Shown: positions 50,101 through 60,891 of the stretch, piece by piece
How the letters are laid out: each line of letters starts with the position of its first letter
Numbering within the stretch: the first letter of the stretch is position 1
Source of the DNA: Nemertoderma westbladi
Lineage: Eukaryota; Animalia; Xenacoelomorpha
Length of the DNA: 64,000 bases
Direction: 5' to 3'
Assembly (NCBI GenBank): GCA_032718475.1
Contig: JAUCBJ010007457.1
Coordinates: forward strand, 27,705 to 91,704
Notes under the pieces: model-generated
Told to the model about the DNA's origin: nothing
Seen by the model: only the letters and a program-made list of their open reading frames with translations
The model's database searches: none
Translations under genes and position numbers: made by a program

Positions 50101-52992
50101 CCTGATCTTACACAACCTCTTGCTGGTGTCTTGATGAGGTTCAGGCACCACGAGGTAGCTTGTATGGCGGATATAGAAGCCATGTTCCACCGTATAAAGG
50201 TTAAGAAAGAGGATTGTAATGTATTGCGATTTTTATGGTGGCCAAGTGGAAATCTTGATGAAAACCCTATAGCATATAGAATGCTCGTGCACATTTTTGG
50301 AGCTATCTCGTCTTCAAGCTGTGCAAACTTCGCACTGCAAAAGACAGCAGAAGATAATCAATATGACTTTGATGAAGAGACTAGAAATACTGTGAAAAGG
50401 AACTTTTATGTTGATGACCTCCTTAAGTCATATAAATCTGCACCTTGTGCTATAAAACAGTATTCTGAATTGACTCAGATGTTAAAGAAAGGAGGTTTCC
50501 GATTGACAAAATGGATTTGCAATAACCCAGATGTTGTTTCTGCTATTCCGAATGAAGAGCTTGCAACATCAATCAAGGATCTCGATTTGGACGGATGGCC
50601 CACTGAGAGAGCACTTGGTGTAATATGGAATGTCGGGAAAGATATATTTACATTTAATGTATCACCTAAGGTGAAACCAACAACCAGACGAGGAATCTTG
50701 TCTATCATGAGTAGTGTCTATGATCCTCTTGGGTTTGTGGCACCTTATACATTTAATGCAAAACTCATATTGCAAGACCTTTGCAAAGCCGAAGTTGGTT
50801 GGGATGATATTATAGATAACGATATTTCATCCAGATGGGAGCAATGGCTCCATGAACTTACATTTCTATCAAAGCTAACTATCAGAAGATGCTTTTCACC
50901 ACATTTTCAAGACATTGTTCGAGTCGAAATGCATCATTTTTCTGATGCTTCTTCTCTGGGATATGGAATGGTATCCTATATTAGATTTGGTGGTGGAAGT
51001 GGTGACATTTATTGTGCCTTTATTATGGGGAAATCCCGATGTTTACCAAAAAAAGGGTTGACTATCCCTAGAGCCGAATTATCTGCTGCTGCTTTAGCAG
51101 TGAAAGTAAACATATTTATTCTGAAAGAAATCGATATTGTGTTTGATAAAATATTGTATTGGACTGATTCCACATTTGTTATTAAGGTAATATTGTCTCA
51201 GGATAAACGTTTTAAAGTGTTTGAGGCAAATAGACTTGCTATTATTCATGATGGATCGTCCGCTGATCAATGGAAATATGTACCTTCGAGTTACAACCCT
51301 GCTGATGATGTATCACGTGGTTTACATGCAGAATGTCTTCAAGATAGTAAATGGTTAAACGGCCCTGATTTCCTTTGGAGGCCCCCTGAAGAATGGCCAT
51401 CCTGTGTAAATATAACTGACACCAGCGAAATTGATGACTGCACCATTGGAAGTGAGATAAAGACTTCGTATGCTGTAAATCAAATAAAGCATACAAACAT
51501 TCTAGATAGATTAATTGAAGCTAACTCATCATTGTATTCGTTAAAGAAAAGGGTGTCATGGTTACTTCGTTTCAAGATGTATATGATATGGAGATATTCT
51601 AGAGATAAAAAGATCAAGCCAATAATTGGTGAATTGACAACTGCCGAAATGGCAGATGCTGAATACTTATTAATTATACATGTGCAAAATACACATTTTG
51701 CTGAAGAGATTGCTACCTTGAAATATAACCAGAATATTAAGAAGAGAAGTAATCTATATAAACTTGGCCCAATATATGAAGATGGCGTATTACGAGTTGG
51801 TGGTCGGCTACATGATGCACCTCTTGATTATGGAAATAGACATCCATATATATTACCACTTGGTAAATTCTCAGAATTGATAATTATTGAGCACCATACT
51901 AATAGTTCACATTCTGGGCTGAACTATGTGTTAGCGTCACTGCGTTCCAAATACTGGATATTGAAAGCCAGACCCTTTGTGAAGAAAATCCTAAGGAGTT
52001 GCTGCCATTGCTTACGATGGCGGACTACTCATCTATTGAAACAACGAATGGCAGATTTGCCAATAGACAGAGTGACCCCCAACCAACCACCTTTCTCTGA
52101 AGTTGGATTAGATATATTTGGACCCATAATGGTCAAGGTTAGACGAAGTCTAGAGAAGCGATATGGCTGTCTTTTTACATGCCTTGCAATGAGAGCTTGT
52201 CATATTGAAATTGTTCCTTCTCTAGATACGAAAGCGTTTATCAATGCATTGTTTCGCTTTATCAGTCGAAGAGGAAAACCTAAGCTCATTAGGTCAGATA
52301 ATGGATCGAATTTTGTTAGAGGAGAATATGAGATCCGAGAAGCCATCAATAACTGGAATCATCACCATATCACTGATAAATTATTACAGCAAAACATAGA
52401 ATGGAAACGGAATCCCCCAAAGGCGAGTCATATGGGTGGCGTTTGGGAAAGGGTAATTAGAACAGCCCGAACTATATTGAAAAGTTTGCTACGTGAACAA
52501 ATTGTGAATGACGATACATTGTTTACCCTTATGGCCATAACTGAGTCAATAATAAATGGAAGGCCATTGACAACAAATAGCGATGATCCAAATGATGATG
52601 CAGTGATTACACCAAACCATTTATTGTTATTGAGACCCTGCAACTATTTACCAATCGATGTCTTTACGAAATCTGATATCAACTATCCAAGAAGAGGTTG
52701 GAGACAAGCCCAATACCTCGCCGACCGATTTTGGCAACGATGGGTCAAGGAATATTTACCACTACTTCAAGAACGGCAGAAGTGGTTCCATAAACTGACT
52801 AATTTGAAAGTCAACGATGTGGTTCTCTTACTCGATGAAAGATATCCTAGAGGTCAATGGCCTTTAGGTCGCGTGATTGAAACCTTTAAAGGTCGTGACA
52901 ACAATGTTCGATCTGTGAAAGTTCAGACAAAGAAGAATATCTTAAAACGCGGGATCTCGGAGTTGTGCTTATTGGAGTCTTCTTGTATTTGA
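47125..52992 (+). CDS. BEL/Pao gag-pol polyprotein (about 1,955 aa)
   Basis: Gag region FAGDPSEYWQF; three Cys/His knuckles (CHICFQNHTLDRC, CDNCFDRGHIALNC, CERC...HHTLMH); protease ALLDDGS; RT YLVHHPV, RIVFDCS, ADIEAMF, FYVDD; RNase H HHFSDAS, TIPRAELSAA, WTDS, NPADDVSRG; integrase HHCC plus LDIFGP, SDNG, GGVWER; C-terminal WVKEYL. Domain order PR-RT-RH-IN. First ATG is 47125; the ORF track starts at GTG 47119. Confidence 0.97.
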   Translation: MSGIGNIASLKKSRNGYLANLTRAYNEAKRLMQANADYDRVRLAIKTIDEVYERFCYAHDSYVSALETTADIDEAKKYLFSVKQTKNEFHEIYLKWKLDNFGDADTDVDDILPKHSVSQVGCQSTVLSDLDRAKADEDIAAYELEQIKFKHELRARKAKLVEEEEQLEAKMKCEKAAIKRRSLERSEGKLSRASSVKHRPGNSVANVMDQSYNNRMPTRVINNAEQLSDYPSRLDPNVPSWTPLHGNQHSEEGIQSYGELFKTMANIMTLPQPEVVPFAGDPSEYWQFMRSFEEHIESKALTDSAKLNYLIHYCQGKARKLIKDYPILIPSEGFIQAKHTLYERFGQPYTIARAHIDRVTKGNPLRPNDRQGLLDYADQLNSSQMVLSSMGYLADINAVDNLRHIVERLPHYMKCKWLEKANNIRKTNRSPNINDIILFVKNIAHAVNDAEFGTILDSKDTGAANANIKKTFDFRSNRPGDKTRSFPRTTSLATSRDIPQNSNDSYASRNSCHICFQNHTLDRCFQFRGKSNKERINFLRRRGICDNCFDRGHIALNCPKNHNCERCASNHKHHTLMHPSDEVDDSKQRVGSSTFSNQGYSTPKTTKPAVENMREVQSKEESISRRTHTHLANTLQHSKVCLPIIPVRISNPSNDIYVDVYALLDDGSDSSFCTKRVADILGICRNEENYSLTTLNCENVMKRGAVVELMVAQIDSIDDTSIIHLPEVVTTDKLPISPDKIPTMADITNWPHLSNIHLNELQDKEVHLLIGLDVPEALWTEEELYGGKKEPFAIKTPFGWTLRGPVTHKRMKQLDKSKNMYLCHYDNSPRNSNDYNLELLVNKFWELESSGIYSDTSTTMSLNDKRALSIMQDSIKLVNNNYVLALPWKCNPPSLENNISMATMRLNSLKRRLMKDSELHNKYTEIIEMYEEKEYAEKVPIEELTDPSLKGKIWYLVHHPVFHPKKPGKVRIVFDCSAKYKDCSLNDKLFQGPDLTQPLAGVLMRFRHHEVACMADIEAMFHRIKVKKEDCNVLRFLWWPSGNLDENPIAYRMLVHIFGAISSSSCANFALQKTAEDNQYDFDEETRNTVKRNFYVDDLLKSYKSAPCAIKQYSELTQMLKKGGFRLTKWICNNPDVVSAIPNEELATSIKDLDLDGWPTERALGVIWNVGKDIFTFNVSPKVKPTTRRGILSIMSSVYDPLGFVAPYTFNAKLILQDLCKAEVGWDDIIDNDISSRWEQWLHELTFLSKLTIRRCFSPHFQDIVRVEMHHFSDASSLGYGMVSYIRFGGGSGDIYCAFIMGKSRCLPKKGLTIPRAELSAAALAVKVNIFILKEIDIVFDKILYWTDSTFVIKVILSQDKRFKVFEANRLAIIHDGSSADQWKYVPSSYNPADDVSRGLHAECLQDSKWLNGPDFLWRPPEEWPSCVNITDTSEIDDCTIGSEIKTSYAVNQIKHTNILDRLIEANSSLYSLKKRVSWLLRFKMYMIWRYSRDKKIKPIIGELTTAEMADAEYLLIIHVQNTHFAEEIATLKYNQNIKKRSNLYKLGPIYEDGVLRVGGRLHDAPLDYGNRHPYILPLGKFSELIIIEHHTNSSHSGLNYVLASLRSKYWILKARPFVKKILRSCCHCLRWRTTHLLKQRMADLPIDRVTPNQPPFSEVGLDIFGPIMVKVRRSLEKRYGCLFTCLAMRACHIEIVPSLDTKAFINALFRFISRRGKPKLIRSDNGSNFVRGEYEIREAINNWNHHHITDKLLQQNIEWKRNPPKASHMGGVWERVIRTARTILKSLLREQIVNDDTLFTLMAITESIINGRPLTTNSDDPNDDAVITPNHLLLLRPCNYLPIDVFTKSDINYPRRGWRQAQYLADRFWQRWVKEYLPLLQERQKWFHKLTNLKVNDVVLLLDERYPRGQWPLGRVIETFKGRDNNVRSVKVQTKKNILKRGISELCLLESSCI

Positions 52993-53154
52993 TTGAAATA
53001 AATAAATAGATATTTTATAACATTCTGTATCAAAATAATTGATTCTTTATTGCTATGTGTTGTTGAACTGATTTACAATTAATGTCGTAAATTTATTTGA
53101 CACATGAGTTATAATTTAGATAAATGCCCTGTGAAGCATTGATCGGGGTGGTGA

Positions 53155-53980
53155 TGTAAGTGTCAAATCTGTTGCCTTCGTAATTGTTAATTAATTGTGG
53201 ACCTAATTATTTTTGTGACACGCAAATAGCGGATAGTACTGACATCCAGACTGGACCGGTGTCAAAAAGATGGAAACTTCTGATTTTAGATTTAGGACTA
53301 AGACCGGTTTGCCGGCACTAGAAGGAAAATTTAGGGTAATACTGACTGTCAGACTTCGAAATGTTGTAGATTGTTGTATATCGAATTCTAAATTATAATG
53401 ATTATAAAAAACTGTTTATTATTATTAACCGTGTTTGATGCCGATATAGATATATGACAGAACCCACCTTTTGCCACAGTTTGGTGAGTGAAAACCCTGC
53501 AATATTATTGAGGTTGTTATTGATATATTATGATACATTTATTAAGACCGGTACTATAGAAGGTAGGCTCTATAACGTTTGACATGTGTTTATTTGATAC
53601 AGTTCTCATACGGTATTTAATTTATTCACATTGCTGTACTGATTGTAGTAAGGAAGTACCGGTATGATTATATTTTTGATTGTCATTATTTTTTTAGATA
53701 ACCGCACTTCGCACTCCGCACTTCGCATTTTGTACACCCTAACGCAATGAAATATGAAAGGATGCCCTGATACCGGTATATGACAATGTTTATGATATAA
53801 TTATATGATAATGAAGCGAAATAAATAGACGACCAGAGATAATTTGATAATAGATAATGTGCGCGTTTATTCATACTGTGGTAACCTATTTTTATGAATT
53901 TCACCCTAATTAATAGATCTACTAGGATTGACATTCGATCTAACAGTGAATAGAAAGACCTCTGAAGCCTGACCCCTTCA
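53155..53980 (+). repeat. 3' LTR (826 bp)
   Basis: Direct repeat of 46022-46847. Confidence 0.97.
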
Positions 53981-56861
53981 CTAGCTGAGAAACAACGTAA
54001 CTTTCACTAGCTGAGAAAGAACGTAACTTTCACTAGCTGAGAAAGAACGTAACTTTCACTAGCTGAGAAAGAACGTAACTTTCCCTAGCTGAGAAAGAAC
54101 GTAACTTTCACTAGCTGAGAAACAACGTAACTTTCACTAGCTGAGAAAGAACACAACATTCACTAGCTGAGAAAGAACGTAACTTTCACTAGCTGAGAAA
54201 GAACGTAACTTTCCCTAGCTGAGAAAGAACGTAACTTTCACTAGCTGAGAAAGAACGTAACTTTCACTAGCTGAGAAAGAACGTAACTTTCACTAGCTGA
54301 GAAAGAACGTAACTTTCACTAGCTGAGAAAGAACACAACATTCACTAGCTGAGAAAGAACGTAACTTTCACTAGCTGAGAAAGAACGTAACTTTCACTAG
54401 CTGAGAAAGAACGTAACTTTCACTAGCTGAGAAAGAACGTAACTTTCACTAGCTGAGAAAGAACGTAACTTTCACTAGCTGAGAAAGAACGTAACTTTCA
54501 CTAGCTGAGAAAGAACGTAACTTTCACTAGCTGAGAAAGAACGTAACTTTCACTAGCTGAGAAAGAACACAACATTCACTAGCTGAGAAAGAACGTAACT
54601 TTCACTAGCTGAGAAAGAACACAACATTCACTAGCTGAGAAAGAACGTAACTTTCACTAGCTGAGAAAGAACGTAACTTTCACTAGCTGAGAAAGAACGT
54701 AACTTTCACTAGCTGAGAAAGAACACAACATTCACTAGCTGAGAAAGAACGTAACTTTCACTAGCTGAGAAAGAACGTAACTTTCACTAGCTGAGAAACA
54801 ACGTAACTTTCACTAGCTGAGAAAGAACACAACATTCACTAGCTGAGAAAGAACGTAACTTTCACTAGCTGAGAAAGAACGTAACTTTCCCTAGCTGAGA
54901 AAGAACGTAACTTTCACTAGCTGAGAAAGAACGTAACTTTCACTAGCTGAGAAAGAACACAACATTCACTAGCTGAGAAAGAACGTAACTTTCACTAGCT
55001 GAGAAAGAAGGTAACTTTCCCTAGCTGAGAAAGAACGTAACTTTCACTAGCTGAGAAAGAACGTAACTTTCACTAGCTGAGAAACAACGTAACTTTCACT
55101 AGCTGAGAAAGAACGTAACTTTCACTAGCTGAGAAAGAACGTAACTTTCACTAGCTGAGAAAGAAAGTAACTTTCACTAGCTGAGAAAGAACTAACATTC
55201 ACTAGCTGAGAAAGAACACAACATTCACTAGCTGAGAAAGAACGTAACTTTCACTAGCTGAGAAAGAAGGTAACTTTCCCTAGCTGAGAAAGAACGTAAC
55301 TTTCCCTAGCTGAGAAAGAACGTAACTTTCACTAGCTGAGAAACAACGTAACTTTCACTAGCTGAGAAAGAACGTAACTTTCACTAGCTGAGAAAGAACG
55401 TAACTTTCACTAGCTGAGAAAGAACGTAACTTTCACTAGCTGAGAAAGAACGTAACTTTCACTAGCTGAGAAACAACGTAACTTTCACTAGCTGAGAAAG
55501 AACACAACATTCACTAGCTGAGAAAGAACGTAACTTTCACTAGCTGAGAAAGAACGTAACTTTCCCTAGCTGAGAAAGAACGTAACTTTCACTAGCTGAG
55601 AAAGAACGTAACTTTCACTAGCTGAGAAAGAACGTAACTTTCACTAGCTGAGAAACAACGTAACTTTCACTAGCTGAGAAAGAACGTAACTTTCACTAGC
55701 TGAGAAAGAACGTAACTTTCACTAGCTGAGAAAGAAAGTAACTTTCACTAGCTGAGAAAGAACTAACATTCACTAGCTGAGAAAGAACACAACATTCACT
55801 AGCTGAGAAAGAACGTAACTTTCACTAGCTGAGAAAGAACGTAACTTTCCCTAGCTGAGAAAGAACGTAACTTTCACTAGCTGAGAAACAACGTAACTTT
55901 CACTAGCTGAGAAAGAACACAACATTCACTAGCTGAGAAAGAACGTAACTTTCACTAGCTGAGAAAGAACGTAACTTTCCCTAGCTGAGAAAGAACGTAA
56001 CTTTCACTAGCTGAGAAAGAACGTAACTTTCACTAGCTGAGAAACAACGTAACTTTCACTAGCTGAGAAAGAACGTAACTTTCACTAGCTGAGAAAGAAC
56101 GTAACTTTCACTAGCTGAGAAAGAACTAACATTCACTAGCTGAGAAAGAACACAACATTCACTAGCTGAGAAAGAACGTAACTTTCACTAGCTGAGAAAG
56201 AACACAACATTCACTAGCTGAGAAAGAACGTAACTTTCACTAGCTGAGAAAGAACGTAACTTTCACTAGCCGAGAAAGAACGTAACTTTCACTAGCTGAG
56301 AAAGAACACAACTTTCACTAGCTGAGAAAGAACGTAACTTTCACTAGCTGAGAAAGAACTAACTTTCTCTAGCTGAGAAAGAACGTAACTTTCACTAGCT
56401 GAGAAAGAACTAACATTCACTAGCTGAGAAAGAACACAACTTTCACTAGCTGAGAAAGAACGTAACTTTCACTAGCTGAGAAAGAACGTAACTTTCACTA
56501 GCTGAGAAAGAACGTAACTTTCACTAGCTGAGAAAGAACTAACTTTCTCTAGCTGAGAAAGAACGTAACTTTCACTAGCTGAGAAAGAACGTAACTTTCA
56601 CTAGCTGAGAAAGAACGTAACTTTCACTAGCTGAGAAAGAACTAACATTCACTAGCTGAGAAAGAACACAACTTTCACTAGCTGAGAAAGAACGTAACTT
56701 TCACTAGCTGAGAAAGAACGTAACTTTCACTAGCTGAGAAAGAACGTAACTTTCACTAGCTGAGAAAGAACTAACTTTCTCTAGCTGAGAAAGAACGTAA
56801 CTTTCACTAGCTGAGAAAGAACGTAACTTTCACTAGCTGAGAAAGAACGTAACTTTCACTA
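53981..56861. repeat. 26-bp satellite, right part (about 110 units)
   Basis: Same unit and register resume directly after the 3' LTR. Confidence 0.98.
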
Positions 56862-57484
56862 TTTGCACACTAAGAACCACCTTAATGGCCCTTTACTTAT
56901 ACACTGAACGGTAAACGGTAACCATGGCTACCGTTTTATCTGTGCTAGGCTTCTTCTATTTGCACAGTGCGATTCCTCGCCCTGTGATTGGTTAAATGCT
57001 TAAATTGGATTCATTATTGGTTTACCAGTATTTAAAGCTGAGTTTATATAACATAATTGTTGTAGATGATTTTTATGACTAACGGTATATTATTTAGTTC
57101 CCCGGCAAGTACCACTCCTCAAAGTGGCTACTATTTCTTACCAGTTTATTTATCACGGTTTATCTATCAATATTGCAACTACTGTAACATTAAAATATAC
57201 ACTTTTATTGTTCTAAGCATTATTAACTCTTGTTTTATTGGTACTAACTGAAACTGCGTATAAAGACAATGTATACACTAACGAACTAATAATCCCTTTG
57301 TAGAAGTTGACACTTCCCGCAACACTTAATAAAGGAGCCCGGATTACACCCGGAAATGTGTATATATACAAGCCAATAAAAGTACCAAATAAATATTTAA
57401 TATTAATTAATATAATAAATATAAAAAATTTATATTTAAATAAAGCCAAATAAAGCCGATAATATTCCATGGCAATCAACTCAC

Positions 57485-57842
57485 CGATATTAACGATCTT
57501 CACATTCTCCCGTTCTAGAAACTTCATCGCCGTCGAAACATTCTCTAGTTTCATCTGTCTGAACGTCGGCCGTTTGTTATAACGTCCGACATCTTTACCC
57601 GACAGAACTTCCAGCAGATTCAATAGAATCAAGCCGTCCTGTAGGCCCTGGTCGAGATCATAGATGCGTTTATTGATACCCTTGAGGTGTTCGTTGCACC
57701 ATCGCGTGAAGGTGTTCCGTTGGATACGCTTCCACGCCGCGTCTTCCGATAATTCGCGTTCAGCCGCCATTAGTCTCTCTTCATCGTATTCTTCCTCGCT
57801 ATCACTGGCATCCCTTTCCACTGTCGCCGGACTAATATCCAT
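57485..57842 (-). CDS. FLN: Filamin, coding exon 1 (N-terminus and most of calponin-homology domain CH1)
   Basis: ATG at 57842-57840; MDISPATVE...[28 protein letters not shown]...[22 protein letters not shown]...[29 protein letters not shown] matches the filamin CH1 signature. Donor G|GTGAGT at 57485/57484 (phase 1). An acceptor ttttcttggcag just upstream (exon starts 57859) implies an unseen upstream exon. Confidence 0.95.
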
Positions 57843-58648
57843 TGTTAACGAACGTTTCTCTGCCAAGAAAATAACATAGTTAGCCAAGCAAACCCACCCG
57901 TATTACTTGATTGTATAATAAACTACTGGCAAAGCCTTTCATTGGTGCCAAAGCAATGTAGACGTTAACAGGCAGTGAATATATTACATCCCATAATACT
58001 CATATCACTGATTGTTAAACAAGAACATTTATATATGGAAATGTAATATAATTACACCGCGTAAACAAATATCTTAGCATCATTAACTATCAACTCAGTC
58101 CCCCCAACTAATTACAAATACAGAGCCGTAGATCCGTTACATAGATGTCCATATAATTACACTACAGAATAATAAATGACATATCTATGAACCAGCAACC
58201 TTGTTCTATTCCCAGTGCGGTGCCTTTAAGTTGATATGGTCTATGGAGCTTAACTTACCAACGCAATAGTAACAATTATATAATCTGTGAGCAATATGAA
58301 GCGGTTATACCGGCACCGGTACAAATTAATCATGATATATGAGTGTCATTGCGGTGGTAGCCGGTACGCGGTTACAAAACACATTGTTCCACCGGTCGAA
58401 AGCGTACAGGTATGTTGTGATTGTCAAAATGTGTGCCCGAGGGAGAATAACGGTCTCAGGGTGAACTGATATAATTAATTCCTAGACATATTATTATTTT
58501 ATCTGAGCTTGCAGGTGTTACTGTCGTTAGTGTACTTAGAATCTCAAAGGATACCAGTACCGGTACCAGCAGATATAATAGGTATGCTTTAGGTGCAATA
58601 TACTGATTCCCAGCCAATTCTGCAACAGGACAGCTGTTGTTTATATTG

Positions 58649-58661
58649 GTTGCCTAGCAAC
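58649..58661. promoter_or_regulatory. Candidate RFX X-box (GTTGCCTAGCAAC)
   Basis: Matches the GTNRCC-N(0-3)-RGYAAC consensus; about 0.8 kb upstream of the first coding exon; E-box CAGCTG at 58631-58636. Motif match only. Confidence 0.4.
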
Positions 58662-59039
58662 GCATAACGCATAAGCATACAAAGATAAAGAAAGAATCAA
58701 CATTCAAATTAACACCGAACTGATTCCGGAAATTATTTTCAAAAATATTTAAACAAATATCTTATTAGAATCTCAAGTTTTCGGAAAACTCTTTAAATTT
58801 CGAAATAAAATATCGAAATTATAATTAACCTTTTGTTTTTTTAAGAAGAAAATCTCATAATTAAGTTAAGATAAGGCGAATACAATTTTCTAACACAACA
58901 TTACATTACAGAGAAAACGGACCATGAGAAGTATACCAGACTATCTGATGTTGCATTTCACTTTGCAGTTTACCCCATGTGAAGATTACCAGGTTTTCAC
59001 TAAAAACCCAGTAAGTTCCCCCTTTCGTGAAAAGGTTGC

Positions 59040-59746
59040 ATTGATTTCACATCTCTCCTGAGTTCGTGGGTTCGATCCCCGCATGGGGGCAAGCCAGGTC
59101 AGTTTTCGTTTCGGCATGTATGCTTTAAAGAGACTAGCCGCTAGCCAGGGCGCATCTCTGCTTGTATCCTTAATTGGTACCGGTAGATAAATGAGTACCG
59201 GTGTACAAGGCTGAGATAACTCCGTCTTGAAATGACTCCTCAGTCGTCTCAGCATAGTCTGAGAACACTCCTCAGTTATCTCAGCCTAGGCTGAGAACAC
59301 TCCCCAGTTATCTCAGCTGAGAATACTCCCCTTAGGCTGAGATGAGTTCCCTAATTGAGTTATAACTCATATCCGTACCTGTGTTATTTTCGTATATTGC
59401 AAAAATAAAACTAACCTATGTTATTGAGGTATCGTTTATTGTTTTGGTTAGAAAAGCCCACCACTGTAACCTACTCCTTTCCGTTAATTAGGAAATCTAG
59501 AGAGAAAACTATGGAGTGTTCTCAGCCTAGGCTGAGAAGACTGGGGAGTCATATTTGGTGGGGAGTGTTCTCAGCCTAGGCTGAGAACACTGGGGAGTCA
59601 TATTTGGTGGGGAGATATCTCAGCCTATTACACCGGTACTGCAGTTTCCTCTGACTCTGGGGAGTATAGATCTGGGGGGACGAGTCGTCAGAGTTTGTGC
59701 GTAATCCCTGGCCTAACGACCGAATAAAACTTTACTTATTTTACTT
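59040..59746 (+). mobile_element. tRNA-derived SINE-like element interrupted by a MITE
   Basis: Pol III B-box GGTTCGATCCC at 59069-59079; taaatgagta|ctg body motif split by the insertion; 3' aataaa and a (tttac)-like tail at 59723-59746. I could not identify an A-box or the 5' end. Confidence 0.55.
59198..59636. mobile_element. MITE, 439 bp, with about 26-bp terminal inverted repeats and TA flanks
   Basis: Left CCGGTGTACAAGGCTGAGATAACTCC versus reverse complement of right CCGGTGTAATAGGCTGAGATATCTCC. TA at 59196-59197 and 59637-59638. Repeated subterminal CTCAGCCTAGGCTGAG palindromes; no ORF. Confidence 0.8.
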
Positions 59747-60486
59747 GGGCTGAATCTAACCAAAACAATAAACAAATTAGTATCTACACAGGTTATAAGA
59801 TAGAAAGAAATAAACGCTATAAAACACTTAATAAGAGGAGATTGAAAAAAATACATAAAAAGAAAAAGAACAGTGAAAACATGGTATTCTTCACATGGAC
59901 GAGAAAACGAACCGAAAAGAAACGCATTGCGTTAACTCGATGTGATTCGGGAGAATACGAACCTCGCATTGTGTTAACTCGATGTGATTCGGCTTCAAAC
60001 ACACTCCATGACCGTGGTAGTCTACGCAAACGAGTGCCACGGCCAGTCATAATCAATTTGTCTTACAATGCCATTATCGCAACAAACATTGTTCCATCAT
60101 TATAATGCAATAAAACACTGACAGTTTACTATTTTGTTTACTCATAATGTAAATCCATGTTTATTGTTATTAATTTACATATAAAGAAGTGAAAATCAAC
60201 CTCACTTATATTAAACTGCCATAAATTAGCAACGAATTATCTCTAAACAGATAAATGTCCGTATTGTATCAAAGGTTAACTGTTTAATCGTAATATTATC
60301 GTTACCATAAGACCTTGGAGCAATGAATGAATGAATGCCCATCACCCTCTAAATAATGGTTGTATCATGTTTGATACACTAGATACTTACCGAAGTTCAC
60401 CCTTTAATGCCCTTACCAAGGTGTACTAAATAAAGTCATTGGTCCCTACACACACACACACACCCCTTAGAGCACACACCCCTTAC

Positions 60487-60891
60487 GGTGGGGTGCAATC
60501 TTCGCCCGCGTACATCCTTCGCCCGCGCCCAATCTTCGCCCGCGTACAACATTCGCCCGGGGAAACCTTCGCCCGAAAGGCAATCTTCGCCCGCGAGCAA
60601 CCTTCGCCCAATAAGATTTGTATTAGTAGGCCTACCCATTATAGTAAGAAATTGAGGGAAAGAGGTTACAGAGGCGGCTTTTTCTAACCAAAACAGTAAA
60701 CGATGGTATTAATAATTGAGGGAAAGGAGCAGGTTACAGAGACGGCTTTTTCTTACCAAAACAATAATTGTTTATTGGGCGAAGTTTGCCTGCGGGCAAA
60801 GGTTTCCGCCGGGCGGTAGTTGCTCATTTTGAGGGGAAAGATTGGACGCGGACGAAGCTTCCACGCGGGCGAAGTTTGCCTCGTACCCCCC
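60487..60891. mobile_element. Foldback/MITE-like element with modular CTTCGCCCG subterminal repeats
   Basis: About 7 CTTCGCCC(G) motifs on the left (60500-60610) and diverged inverted (C)GGGCGAAG motifs on the right (60775-60880); ends GGGGT...ACCCC. Boundaries are approximate. Confidence 0.6.

Larger units (their letters stand above)
46022..53980 (+). mobile_element. Full-length BEL/Pao LTR retrotransposon
   Basis: TG...CA LTRs at 46022-46847 and 53155-53980; CTAGC target-site duplication (46017-46021, 53981-53985); single gag-pol ORF; G-rich PPT-like tract gatcggggtggtga before the 3' LTR. Confidence 0.97.

Noticed and set aside
57213-57484. Hydrophobic C-terminal extension of the 224-aa ORF suggesting a membrane-anchored CH protein
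   Set aside because: It is read-through into AT-rich intron past the G|GTGAGT donor; filamin homology resumes in phase at 30419.
59069-59079. tRNA gene suggested by GGTTCGATCCC (also GGTTCGAACCC near 27066)
   Set aside because: I could not build a cloverleaf or find an A-box; the first is better explained as a SINE head and the second is an isolated match.
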